A stretch of DNA of 64,000 nt, from positions 62,001 to 126,000 of the forward strand of contig JAQGDQ010000265.1 of NCBI GenBank assembly GCA_030141605.1, written 5' to 3'. The DNA comes from Tubiluchus corallicola. Taxonomy: Eukaryota > Animalia > Priapulida. The stretch's first letter is position 1; each line of letters starts with the position of its first letter. The notes under the pieces are model-generated. The model saw nothing but the letters and a program-made list of their open reading frames with translations, did not search any database and was not told the origin of the DNA. Positions 24,801 to 33,893 of the stretch are shown one piece after another. The position numbers were made by a program, and so were the translations under genes.

Positions 24801-27304
24801 AGAACTGGCATTTTATGATAGCCTGAACAGTGTTTAAAATATATTCATCGTTTGATGACACTACTGAGTATAATTCCGAACGAACATACTGTAGTCTTCC
24901 GTTCAATATAAGGTATTTTGTATATGTATGTATATATATGTATATATATTGATAATTCTTACCTTATTTCAGGCAAATGCATAGCTAGTCAGTCCAAGTC
25001 CACATTTTTCAGTATAAGCGCAGCTTCTCTTACTTCGAAATGGGTATGTCGAGCAGACTGAACTGTTTATATATACATGTAATACACATTTGCATTGCTA
25101 TGCAGTACTTATGTCATATTATATTCCACAGTACTAACACTTTATTACATTGCTGTGAGGCAGTAGATCAACAAGTTTAAAATACATTTTTCCTTTGTTT
25201 TGTTATAATTTACATGAGTTATTTCATTCACTAAATGTCTTTAAAAGGCTAGGAAATAACAGCAGCTATCAAGCATTTCCTATCAGTACCTGGTGGTTTG
25301 TTCATGAGTATATTGTCTCTCTTATTAAACAAATTACAACTACATTCTTTAAATGATTATTTTTCTGACAGTAGTATTTGCTCAGACACATTTTGTGCAT
25401 TGACATGTAGATAGGTGATGGAGAAAAAATGGTGAGAGCATTGTTTTCCTTCGCCCGCTGCTGCCAACCTGCCGTCATATTCATAGATGAAATTGATGCT
25501 TTGTTATCACAGCGCAGTGATACAGAGCACGAATCTTCTCGGCGGATGAAGACCGAGTTCTTGGTTCAGTTAGATGGAGCCACAACTTCTGATGATGATA
25601 GATTGTTAGTTATTGGAGCCACTAACAGGTGTGTACAATCTTACTTCTCCCACTAGAATTTTGAAAAGTTTACAGTGCATGTTTTGCTCACCACGACTTT
25701 TGCATCATTGCTCACTTCACACGCATACTATTTTTTCTTTCTCTGTCTGTCTCTTTCTCTCTCTGTTCTCTGACTTTCTCTCCCCCTCTCTCTCTCGCTC
25801 GCTCTGTCTGTCTGTATGAAATCTACCATTAAAACTATCAGCATCTAATTTCAAGGCAGTATTTTTGCCATTGTTAATGTCATGCTATTCAAAGCTTTCC
25901 CATGGAAAGAACATCTCAGGCGGAAATGAATTTTCGAAAAACAAATGCCTAGTGGCCATCCTCCAGGGCACAGTAATCAAAACAATGGAACACTCTGCTG
26001 GGCATGCCATATATCTTGAGATCTAGTGTCGGCACATACATATGTGCCTTTTGCTTTGTTACTATTAGATGGTCTGTCTAGCAAGGGTGAATGCTTTTAA
26101 TAAGATATGTGATTTTCTCAGACCTCATGAACTGGATGAAGCAGCAAGGCGGCGGCTCGTCAAGAGGCTTTACATCCCTCTGCCAGAGAAAGTTGCCAGA
26201 GCTCAGATAATGAAAAACTTGATGAAGCAGCAAGCTCACAGTTTGACTGAAGATGAGTTTAACTTTCTGGCAGAAAAAACACAAGGTAACACACGTCTCT
26301 GGCGCATTTCTAATTTTAAAAATAACTTTTACACATGTGCGTGTGGCCACATGGTTGAGATGTTTGGACTGCAGTGCAGCAGTCCATGTGTACCCATTTC
26401 AAATGCTGCTTGTATACCTTAAGCCCCAGAACCACCCTTATTTTTTTAATAAGTTTCCACATTGGAAAAGGGAATTCATTTTTTATTGGATTACCATTGA
26501 ACCCATAAATTCTCCAAGTTGAGTAGTATTCCTATTTAGGCCTTGTAGTATTCATGTAATTTCTCTTTTATTGCAGGTTATTCAGGAGCTGACATGGCTT
26601 GCCTATGTCGAGAAGCAGCTTTAGGACCAATTAGATGCATCAAGGATATTGAAAACATTTCAGTCAATGAGGTAACCGGTTGGTTTTGTTAGAGTTGAAT
26701 GTGTGCCCAGTTTTTATGCTCAGTTGAATGTGTAAGTCGAAGCTCGTTATATAGCAACTCTGTAATGCATAATGCCAGCTTTTTGTCTCGTTCCGATTTT
26801 TGTAACCAACAGGAATTCAAAATATTGGAAATACTGTCACTTACAGCTGATGTGTTAGTTACGTGAAAATTCAACTCGCTTTTCTTATTATAAACCATCC
26901 TTACTAAAGTCAATTATTGTTGCAAAAGCAATGACTCTAGTATCAAAACAAGAACCTTTAAAAATTAAGAGGCTGATTACTGTGTAATTAAATATTTAAT
27001 GCCTGTAGTTGAGCTTGGAAACAGAATTTTTGTCATAGAAAAAAGCTGGTGCTTATCAACATGTGAAATATTACATAGTCAGCTTTGAGGAGATTGCATC
27101 TGTGTTTTGTTCTAGTTATTAATACAGTTTGTTTAACACTATACAATGCATTGTCAGACTAATCATTTTGCTATTACACAGGTTCGGTCAATTAACAAAC
27201 AAGACTTTCTCGATAGCATTGAACAAGTCCGACCTAGCATATCCCAAGAAGACCTGGACATATACGTGAAGTGGAATCAAAAGTTTGGGAGTTGTCAAAT
27301 GTGA
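899..27304 (+). CDS. FIGNL1: Fidgetin-like protein 1 (AAA+ ATPase), multi-exon
   Basis: Phase-consistent GT-AG exons: 899-1047 (or 899-1051 plus micro-exon 1112-1140), 10328-10443, 11082-11315, 11889-12097, 13033-13133, 13904-13945, 15002-15122, 24034-24134, 24627-24706, 24973-25043, 25411-25628, 26122-26285, 26577-26671, 27182-27304 (TGA). Motifs: fidgetin-type N-terminus [10 protein letters not shown]...YYRQ...[10 protein letters not shown]; FRTAGEQL; [15 protein letters not shown]; [12 protein letters not shown]; [11 protein letters not shown]; Walker A GPPGTGKT; SLTSKW; Walker B FIDEID; [16 protein letters not shown]; GYSGADM; C-terminal WNQKFGS. Confidence 0.93.
1112..1140 (+). CDS. FIGNL1: Candidate 29-nt FIGNL1 micro-exon
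   Basis: GC-rich 29 nt between the acceptor ttttgtatgtgcAG (1110-1111) and the donor GTATAA (1141). It is in frame for FIGNL1 ([10 protein letters not shown]) if exon 1 ends at 1051 (donor GTACTA). Confidence 0.5.
2172..2222. repeat. Hairpin resembling a Helentron/HINE-type terminus
   Basis: AAGTCCTCGCTTAACG-ACGCTAA-tgcatcg-TTAGCGT-AAGGCGATTTTT: 7-bp core stem with flanking imperfect inverted repeat, next to the 3' end of the LINE fragment. The family assignment is by resemblance only. Confidence 0.3.
2240..3788 (-). mobile_element. Decayed LINE ORF2 (RT) fragment in FIGNL1 intron
   Basis: Broken minus-strand ORFs 3567-3788, 3311-3505, 2723-2911 and 2434-2745 carry [50 protein letters not shown] (degenerate YxDD) and MTFNLKK. 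Multiple stops and frameshifts. Confidence 0.85.
3790..3872 (+). promoter_or_regulatory. Candidate CpG-rich promoter / non-coding first exon of the nested LRCH gene
   Basis: Locally CpG-rich segment ending in a possible donor GAG|GTGTTT (3872/3873), with a possible acceptor ttatgtacAG at 3985-3986, 41 nt upstream of the LRCH ATG. Confidence 0.35.
4028..6298 (+). CDS. LRCH: Leucine-rich repeat and calponin homology domain-containing protein (LRCH family), single-exon CDS
   Basis: 756-aa uninterrupted ORF. N-terminal [23 protein letters not shown], a run of LRRs (LxxLxxSxNxL), [23 protein letters not shown]...KRWS, and a C-terminal CH domain ([59 protein letters not shown]). Confidence 0.95.
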   Translation: MTTGFVGVPSPVLARSLERVLEDAQYTGLLNLSGRKLKEYPKIATKYDLSDTVQAVLSKNRLVELPEELCEYRCLENISCSCNNIRSITDSISNLENLTRINLSCNQLSMIPQALCHLPLQVLIVSNNKLVSLPENIGMLSSLMELDVSCNEISHLPPQLCDIESLVVLNVRKNLLIDIPKHITKLKLLKLDISENRISHLDPAIRFIDSLVDFSVQNNPLLSPPANLCIRGRVHMFKYFEILVAREARRQGIQTEQDLRRSFHKSSSLQPGNSETSVKSRSLQQDKLQRQIVSTSVADSGYATADNNSDKRWSNESDEIVSGLDRDLTKPVHLVASSPAILDQESQDKFTAELNRQKAKYEERKKLAEKIKLSIGKQGSNKSSEFSVNDDVPTKMKQTGSLQKHDHISDADYGDFQKEQKEEREEVRHAGFSLHKEQKNFIDEPCGDNKRHVIFKNQENKGHPSQRVVAVSVTKKQANPVQKTSAASISPIPVPVQHIVSTPNCRFVSNTDKCHKTDNQSNSSDYNEEEVKLCREALTSQTRHHAEITQRHLEETRHRVKQIQKDAVLNYVRRRSPEKSALNTTSENLRKRQNSALSDNVQNSLSICAKSATSALTESLLDGKSDGSFTTQRRINNQESKRKQIEQLRLTIEARLKVSLPDDLSAALTDGVVLCHLANHIWPRSVSSIHVPSPAVPKLSLAKCRRNIDSFISACQKIGVAEDMLCLPQDILHGRNLIQVALTVEEMIECSKQTAC
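13235..13548. mobile_element. pogo/Tigger-like MITE (Tc1-mariner superfamily)
   Basis: Imperfect TIRs CCGGTAGATGTCGACTTACA / TGTAAGATGACGACTACCTG (reverse complement CAGGTAGTCGTCATCTTACA), flanked by TA at 13233-13234 and 13549-13550. No ORF. Confidence 0.7.
16000..16248. mobile_element. Possible hAT-type MITE remnant (one end)
   Basis: Ends in GCGGAAAATCTGAGGCCCTA with repeated TTCCG/CGGAA subterminal words. Similar words occur near 57140-57180 and 60230-60530. The other end was not found. Confidence 0.3.
16744..18267 (-). CDS. Cytochrome P450, CYP3 clan (CYP3A-like), single-exon CDS
   Basis: 507 aa. N-terminal TM anchor, [10 protein letters not shown] hinge, C-helix WKEAR..LSPTFT, I-helix [10 protein letters not shown]-helix ETLR, FNPNRW (PERF-type) and heme motif [10 protein letters not shown]. 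Antisense inside FIGNL1 intron 15123-24033. Confidence 0.96.
   Translation of the reverse strand: MYALGYYVSDWLLLLIIILTLIYLYSKWHLNFWKDLGIDGPKPYPLVGNFLPFMRKNLHRIDEEWGKKYGRLYGAFIGRHPKLMVAEPELIKQVFIKQAHDLFINRQDEKLKELFNDETKIIKEALSNASGQKWKEARSLLSPTFTAARLKQMAPLIAQCSSVTLTNFGKLADEKETFEAKSIFGSYSLDVIASTMFGLQLNSQDDPDNPFVRHAKKAFDFSLFSINMLIFIFFPALSFFIAKVSRISFFPTEPFKFFHESTKRVLEMRRNQKEYRPDFLQLMLDVHKEIENEDIAKKGLTDDQILANAVIFFLAGYETTGTLLAWLAYCMAVHPEWQEKVHDEIENIIGDGEINYNNVNQLEVLDMVTNETLRMYPPALRIERVASADFHMAGYDFPKGVSIAVPVYSLHHDEEYWPNPHTFNPNRWSPEERHKISPCTFVPFGVGPRNCIGFRFALMEAKMCMAYILRKYKFVTCSDTHIDMSKMKLGGFLYPKDGIKLQVERCT
19625..19710. repeat. 32-bp subterminal tandem repeat (about 2.7 copies) inside the hAT element
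   Basis: Unit CCTAGTACCAGAGAGTCAGTTTGTCCAGCTCG at 19625 and 19657, with a partial copy at 19689. Confidence 0.85.
19947..22190 (+). CDS. hAT transposase (ZMYM1-like: TTF-type zinc finger, DUF4371-like region, hAT dimerisation domain)
   Basis: First ATG at 19947 (MSGNRED..., 747 aa) within ORF 19827-22190. Motifs [10 protein letters not shown]...[59 protein letters not shown] and [34 protein letters not shown]. Confidence 0.95.
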   Translation: MSGNREDDKVVPPRKRQKTLDFFIQGGSKKESACKDAEDEKQPESSTQNIRANDLGPVSEKPRQPHMTKYPKTGQGKNARSFEYSWFGKHSWLEYSKQTDAAFCFACRHFGKQRQITWTEVGFKKWKDAMHDRQKHEETESHKDSMSMWAVFKSSSKTGDVQKRMELACAKQDEEKRQYVRRIIATVELCAKQCLPLRGHIETEVSSAKGNFLELLAYLKKFDPFLQTYTPPKNATYASGKIQNEVLDIMSHEILSEVVQRVKKSGCYAIMADEARDGRRELLALCVRFLNVDNGNVEEHLVGFDRLEAFDANSITQHIMKCLDKLKIDVATCVAQSYDGASVMSGTDGGVQAKFRETNEAAVYVHCCGHQLNLVIRHTCECVPEVKDFFSTMENVYTFFKKSLVCHGMLEEVKRELGLSGVGELTQISETRWACQIRACKAMKKNYKAVVQCLEGIDEPVAVGLLQKLTRKKFVYCLFLFEMLLGTCEVLHKFLQTTDIDLLQAETYKNDVCEELRSLRDVDKSNELVANVEAFVSDLDVELTTDRKRQNKPRSGLHDFFVTANIGFANSVLGDNVDLHRNIMLPCVDRIVAEIEARFCSLDPEILRGVSALHPTSENFLSIEDLTSFAEHYNIQTDMLKTETVMAKRVLGRVEEPTILSLWKVLDGDLFPILKRVLQIGVTIPVTSCSCERCFSVLRRLHSWLRRTMREERLNHLAVIHIERDVYDECVSENKVIDTFLAKDLRR
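22205..22387. repeat. About 68-bp direct duplication in the 3' non-coding part of the hAT element
   Basis: TTAAACTT(G/A)ACA(T/C)AATAAT..AATATTTCCTGC..TATT..TTCTTAAAATTTGTGTATGATAAATTT occurs at about 22205-22272 and about 22318-22387. Confidence 0.75.
22569..22880. mobile_element. PIF/Harbinger-like MITE (about 312 bp)
   Basis: TIRs TGGAGCGTTCAGACTAGCGAGTT / AACTCGCTGGTCTGAACGCGCCA (2 mismatches in 23). Internal ACTCGC words. Left flank TAA; a matching TSD is not evident. Confidence 0.7.
25730..25817. repeat. (TC)n/(TCTG)n microsatellite
   Basis: Imperfect pyrimidine-rich repeat in a FIGNL1 intron. Confidence 0.8.
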
Positions 27305-27513
27305 CATTAACTTGTTTTTAATGTGTAAATGTATAATTTATTGTATGTTCAGCCATACATGTATTTGTGCACTTTGTAATTTTTGTATTTTATTCAGCTT
27401 GTGCTAGTGTACAATTTTTTGAGGTACTTGTTAAAATACCATTGGTTTATTTATCATAAACATTGTGTGTATAATATTATACTCATAAAAATGAATGTTT
27501 ATCAGATTTGTTT

Positions 27514-27519
27514 AATAAA
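27514..27519 (+). terminator. Candidate FIGNL1 polyadenylation signal
   Basis: AATAAA about 210 nt downstream of the FIGNL1 stop codon. Confidence 0.45.
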
Positions 27520-29076
27520 AATACTAGAAAATCAAACTGGTATAAATAGAACACGAATGGAAAATATGTTGATTTGCCCATAGTTGCCCCCAGACTTGAT
27601 AGACTACTATCAGAGTAAGTAATTTGTTGGTTTATGACATCCGAAAAGAGCAAGTAATCACAGCAGATCATTCAAGAAGTACACACCGTTCTAAATCATT
27701 TTTCATATAGGCAACACTAACAGGAAAATAATGCTTAGTTTTAAGCCATAGCTCAAAATAATCCAACATAAGAGAAGTGCAAAAAACTTTCTTTAAGAAT
27801 AGTAGAGAATCACTGTCGTGGAAATCATATTTTGTGAACTCTTCAATGCTGCAAGCTTGCAGGTATGGGTAACAGTGTCTGTTTTTCAGGAAAACGGGCA
27901 CTGTACTGGACGAGCAAATTTTTCGACATTTATGCAAACCAGTCACGATGTCACGAAATTAAACATTATCCAAGCAGCTGTAAAACTGAGTTTTTAAGCC
28001 AATATTTGTAACCGAGAAACGTTTTGGCAATTATAAAATACATGCTTCAGATTAGGTCATAGGTGAAACTGAGCTATTCTCTAAAAGTTGCCTTGTTTTT
28101 CTTTGAATTTACACTAATGTTGAAACCATCCAGGTACTTTGAAACTAGCTGGAGACATGTACGTCAGTCAGTTACTCCCATTGGACACTTTCCAACACGG
28201 GATTCTAGCTTTGTATAGCATGGCATAGCTGGCTAGTAATGCCTTGTTGCTGTACAAAAGATGATTCTCGTCTGCACAGCTGTTGTTGCATACAATCTGT
28301 ACAATGTAATGGCATTGAGAATCAATATGAAACTATACAGAATTTTTTTGAGCTCTGAAGGGGCAGACCTAGAAACCGAAATCTATTCTGTTTGATTTTG
28401 ATGTACCTTTTCAACTATGATACTGCAGTTCAGTGTCAAACACTGAAAATAATTATCAGCAAAACGACAGCCGATTATTTTTACAGGCCCTCTACTGGCC
28501 ACCTCAGTGTCACATCAGATCAGATACATCAGTCTGTAATACAAAATAGTGCCTATGAGGCTACTTAGAAACCCACAATCGCTCTAAAAATGCATACACA
28601 AACATAATAGATGGGTAAATGCATTTAATTACCAGCTTTCAATATTTCTTGTACCATTTTATGCATTATCATTTTTAGCAGGATCTACAGACATCCAATA
28701 AGTAGTGTGTGCATTTATTTTTAGTCTTAGCAACCACTTTACAGACTTTTTCGTCCACAATAAAATAACAACTAAGCCACAAGAAAAAATGTATTAATAT
28801 CACCGTATTATAAGAAGCAATACATTGCCACCAAATTACAAAATACACACAAACACAAACTCAGTTTACTCAATCTAACTTTGACTAAACCAAAATCATC
28901 GACTGACAATTAAACAAATTCCACATAAAAATAATGGTGTTAGCTCTCCTAACCACAGTAACTAAGAGTTCATAATTATCACAATTTTTGGTACTTGAAC
29001 CATTGCAATAGGCATTTGAATCAACCTTGTCAACCTCAACCACGTTACCTAGATGGAAAATAAGCATTCTTGTTGA

Positions 29077-32000
29077 TTACTCATCAGCATCCACCTTTTC
29101 CACAGCAAATGGCTTCTTTACCTCTAACACTCCACTATCAGCAATGACACAGTCCTTTTTAGGTTTGTCACCAGGTCCAGTTTCCGCATTTTCAATTTTT
29201 CGCACAATATCCTGTAATATGGAGATGGAATTTGTGATTTTGTTGACATTTTGCTAAATTGTTCACGCACAGTCAAAAAATTCAAGAAGATAAGTCATAC
29301 GTGTAGCTGTTAAAGCAAGCTTTCTAGTTTCTGATTTCGCCGTTTATATATGTATAGTTTTAGCTGCCTACAGTATTTCTTAGCCAAGGTAGTGGCCTTC
29401 GAGAGTTGTAGACAATAAAGGCAAAACAACCACATGCAAAAATTCTAGTTTTGCACGTAGTTTAATTAAGAATTTTTTATCTTTGGATCATTATTAGTAA
29501 AAAAAGTACCATTCCACTTAAGACTTTTCCAAAAACCACGTGACGTCCATCTAGCCATGGTGTCTTTTTTGTTGTTATAAAAAACTGAGAACCATTGGTA
29601 TTTTTTCCAGAATTAGCCATGGAAAGCCAGCCTGAGCCATAATGCTTTAATTTGAAGTTTTCATCATCAAACTTGGCTCCATATATACTTTCACCTAAAT
29701 ATTAAAATTACTGTATCACTATAATGACGAAATTCAAAATGAATACATAAGATTATATTTAACGTAAAAGGCACAGCTATATGATATACATTTACACGAG
29801 AATGTTGCTACAGCTAGGTTTGAAATACTTGCAAATTTAATTACTTAAATTATAATGATTTTGTAACTACAAGTGTTCTGTTAAAATGAATTTTTGTAAT
29901 ACACTTACAGGTTTACCACATCACACATCACATTTATAAAACAGTATAACAGTCACATAAGGCTGTAAACTCTGCAAATAATTGTCAGGTAACACAACAT
30001 GTCAATCACACTGCTATAATAGTAAAGTTTAAACTCCACTGTTAGACATTTTAGTAAAGCTTAAACTCCACTATTAGACATTTTATCAGTGATGCACTAA
30101 ATTTCGGAGACAACTACGATTCAGGTGCCAAACCGAAACGAATATTTTGGTTCCTTTTGTTTCATTAGCAGAAAAAATTCAATGACGTGTTTGTTTCGGC
30201 GATCATTTTCTCCTGAGAAATTTGATTTTTGTCGAGTACACACCAAAAACTTAATGCCAGAACTTCAGTTTTAATTCGGTTTGTTTAAATGAATTCGGCC
30301 GCGACCGGTAAAAAATTCGTTTTTATTAATTACTCATTTTTACGGTAAACATCCGCAAATATTAGGTTTAGGTAAATAAAATTTTGTGAAATTGGTGAAA
30401 TTTTGTGAAATTTCTATTATAAGAGAGCAAGAATTAAGGTTTAACCTCCAGTTCCATCTCCTCTTGTAAAGTCTCCGCCTTGAATCATGAAGTCTTTGAT
30501 GACTCTGTGGAATTTGCTGCCTTTGTAACCAACTAGCTTACCTTCTGGAGCTTCCTGCAAATGTAAAAACCTTGCAATGGTGAATTTCATTATAAAAAGC
30601 AGTTGGCAATACTAAATGTGTACATAAACTTAATTAAATTTTTGCAATAGCAAAATCTTCTTGACCTTCATACAATTATTTCCATCTTTATTTATTTAGT
30701 CTCTATAAACATATTTCCCTTAATAACTCGTTAGCCTTGCAAGCTGGGGTCACAAAACTCGCTGCACGTTCTGTTAGTTCACATTTCCTACCAGGACATT
30801 TAGTTTTTTCACTTGTCTTTAGGAATTATGTGCCAGCTGTGCACCGGGGGTTTTATAAAAGTGGGATTCCTTAAAGGCGTGTCGGCCTGAGATAGGAGCC
30901 AAGCCAGAAGACAGGGTCATGTCAATAACTCAGTATAAGACCTAGAATCACAAAAACTGCAGGGTAAACTTGTTAGTCTTGCAAGCTGGGGTGACAAAAC
31001 TCACTGCATGGGGGGAAGCACAGTAGTGTGATGACTTCTGGCTACGGGGTCAGTGTTAGCGGCATCGTTCTGTTAGTTCACATTTCCTACCAGGGCATTT
31101 AGTTTTTTCACTTGTCTTTACGAATTATGTGCCAGCTGTGCACCGGGGGTTTTATAAAGGTGGGATTCGTTAAGGGCCTGTCGGCCTGAGATAAGAGCCA
31201 AACCAGAAAACAGGGTCATGCCAATGACTCCATAAGTATAAGACCTAGAATCACAAAAACTGCAGGGCAAACACCTGAGATATGTGTTCAATGACAGAGA
31301 ATGGAATAGGAAAGGATTAAAGCACAAGAAAACCCTTCATAAACATAAAGCTTAAAAAATTCGTCTCGAAATTTTATATCACTTACATACTGCCTTTTTG
31401 CATGCAGGCATGCAGTCACGCTGTATAAAACATATAAATTTAAACTCCCGCGTTAGACGCAGCCATTTTCACGACAGGTCATTTGAAACAAGTTTAGATA
31501 ACAATGTGTAAACTTTGAAAAAATAATCAGAGCATTCGTAAGACACAAGTCACTAACTAAGTAAAATTTTAAATTACTGTATCTTCTCAATAAGATTAAA
31601 AATACGTTTTTGGTTAGTGAGTGGTGCACCCCGGAGGGTGAGTCAGCGACATTTTACCAATTGGTGAAAACACTTTACATAATTAAAAATTTTCTTTTCT
31701 AGTTACATAAGTCTTTCCAGCGGGTAAGCGAAAGCTAAGTAATATACATAGATTTGCACGGAAAGTTTTTGACACATAATTTAACATTTTCCTTTGAAGC
31801 CCTGATTTACATTGCGCGTAGGTGACATCATGTAATGGTGCTGTCATTACAGTATTGCGGGAGATTTAAAATGAAAACAACTAAAATTCCTTACAATGCG
31901 AGAAAGATATATGCATAAAATTGCTATAAAGTAATATAATTTTTTAAGACGATTTTTCTGAAACTTCAGGTACCCTTTCTTATCCTTTAAAGGTCATAGT

Positions 32001-33893
32001 AATAGCTTTGTCACTCACCTTCTCTTATAGTATTGTACTAGAAGTTTATGTTTTGCAACGTTTTGGTAGCCAAGCAAGGGTATATGTGCACTAAGTACCT
32101 ATCAGAAATTGGGCTTGGTCAGGTCACGTATATGGGCAAAAGTCTTAAAACAGCATTTTGTCAATAACTGGAAAAGTAAACAAACTGGTTTCACAAAACT
32201 TGCAGCGTAGGTACCTGGCGGTATGGGCTCAGGCAAGGAATACTGAACAATGAGCTAGTGCAAAAAATTCTAGGATAGTAGATATACATCAGTTTTTTTC
32301 GTACAACTTTTGAGCTAGTGCCACAGTTTTTGTGACTAGATGGGCCCAAGTTCTTATGCACGGCTGAATATGGGTCATTTGGACACTAATAATTTTAAAT
32401 TACGGACCAAAAACTGAAAATGGGTAGGTCAGCACAAATGCTTTTTCAGTCTTGAAGAATAGTGGCGTGTAGTACATCATATAAAAGGCTTCAATAAGGC
32501 AAATTAAATGGCATAAGTTACAACAAGGTTGGTTGATCTGTGACCTCACTTGGGACAACATAGGAGTCATAGAGACAAAGTATAAACGGAAACTAGCTTG
32601 TAGCATATCAAATGAAAGGTCTCGATGAGATGAATTGAATTGTGTAAGTTGGCAGGGGACTGGTTGACCTTTGACTCATGGTTAACTCATTGGTTGAAAA
32701 GTTGCAATTTCATTTTCAAATACAGTTCCTATAGATAATTATGTTACATAGGTGACTATGTAACAGACTAACAGTCTACACGGATGCAGTTAGTATTTAC
32801 AAACAGTTAGCATTTGAATCCAAAAACTGTCCAAGCACTTTGTGTAACTGCAATTGATTTGTTGAAATTTTAAATGTGTGCTGGCATAGCAAAATCGTCC
32901 ATGAGTCGGCAATTAAGCTTTTCTAGTTATTCACACATCCTGAATCTCAATTTTATGAGGATCATTTTGATATAAAGCACATCGCCCTATCTTATTTCTA
33001 AGCTCAGATAATCTGCAAAGAAGTTAACGTGCAGGCTACACACTGAAAAACGTGGCTAAAGTAATTGTTTTTTGTCGCGTCTCTACAAAACACTTAGCAG
33101 CCGTACGGAAGTGTGGTTACTATGGACTTTACAAGAGCAAATTGAAGTTATGTTTAAATCCAGTAGATGGCTATTCCTGATAAAGATCTGGTCTTGTCAG
33201 CAGAAAAAACCCGAAGCAAAATGGCTGCTTCCACGAGCTACAATCGGAGTTAGAAAATACAAGTTTTTTTACATTGCAGTACTAGTTTGAAGACAGAAAA
33301 GTGGGTAAGGAGTTATAAAATTAGATTTTTGGTGTTTTTGGACATTTTCCTGATAATTTGATGCTATAAAAGGCAATAATATATTTAGCATTTGTTTTCA
33401 TAAAAAAACAAAAAATTGACATTTGACCAAATTTTTGATGCATTCTAGTTTGAAGCATCATAGCGTAGTTTTAAGTATGCCGACATATGGATAATTTTGG
33501 TTTGCAAGCACACAAATAATAAACTCCAGTTAGTACCTGAGTTTCATGACGCGTGGCTAACTCCTTGAAGTTTTTCACAGTTTTTTCGACAGTCTTTCCA
33601 AATAGTCCTATTTCAATTCTTCCAGCCTTCTCGCCACCAATTTCAATATCAAAAAAGACCTGTGAAAAGACAAAAATAACTGTTACCATTTCTTACCACA
33701 ATTAACACTAACACTTACTACAGTAACAGTAACACTAACAGTTGAGTTGGTATTTCACAGAATGCAAACTTACTTTGTCAGTCACTTTTGGTCCAGACGC
33801 CCCTTCTCCGGAATTCAAGAGAATAAAAATAAATACTAGAACAACCGTGGTGGCAATAATGAGTTTCATTTTATTTTGCCAGATTTTATTCAT
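29077..33893 (-). CDS. PPIB: Peptidyl-prolyl cis-trans isomerase B (ER cyclophilin B), 5 exons
   Basis: Minus-strand exons 33774-33869 (or up to in-frame ATG 33893), 33537-33659, 30446-30554, 29510-29694, 29077-29211, all phase-consistent GT-AG. Signal peptide [109 protein letters not shown]-terminus [12 protein letters not shown]. Confidence 0.95.
30020..30083. repeat. 32-bp tandem duplication
   Basis: TAGTAAAG(T/C)TTAAACTCCACT(G/A)TTAGACATTT x2, 2 mismatches. Confidence 0.8.
30725..31272. repeat. About 240-bp tandem duplication; the second copy has about 60 extra bases
   Basis: Copy 1 (about 30725-30966) and copy 2 (about 30967-31272) share GCAAGCTGGGGT.ACAAAACTC.CTGCA...GTTCTGTTAGTTCACATTTCCTACCAGG...GACCTAGAATCACAAAAACTGCAGGG. 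Copy 2 has extra sequence at about 31009-31065. Confidence 0.85.
31438..31870. mobile_element. Possible MITE with short TIRs
   Basis: TTTAAA-CTCCCGC at the left and GCGGGAG-ATTTAAA at the right; about 430 bp, non-coding. Confidence 0.35.

Noticed and set aside
30536-30545. Internal donor-like AAG|GTAAGC inside PPIB exon 3 as a real intron start
   Set aside because: No acceptor at a feasible distance preserves the catalytic [14 protein letters not shown] frame. It is at most cryptic.
31025-31065. Box C/D snoRNA (GTGATGA) in the PPIB intron duplication
   Set aside because: It is on the strand opposite the host gene, and no terminal stem or suitably placed D box is evident.
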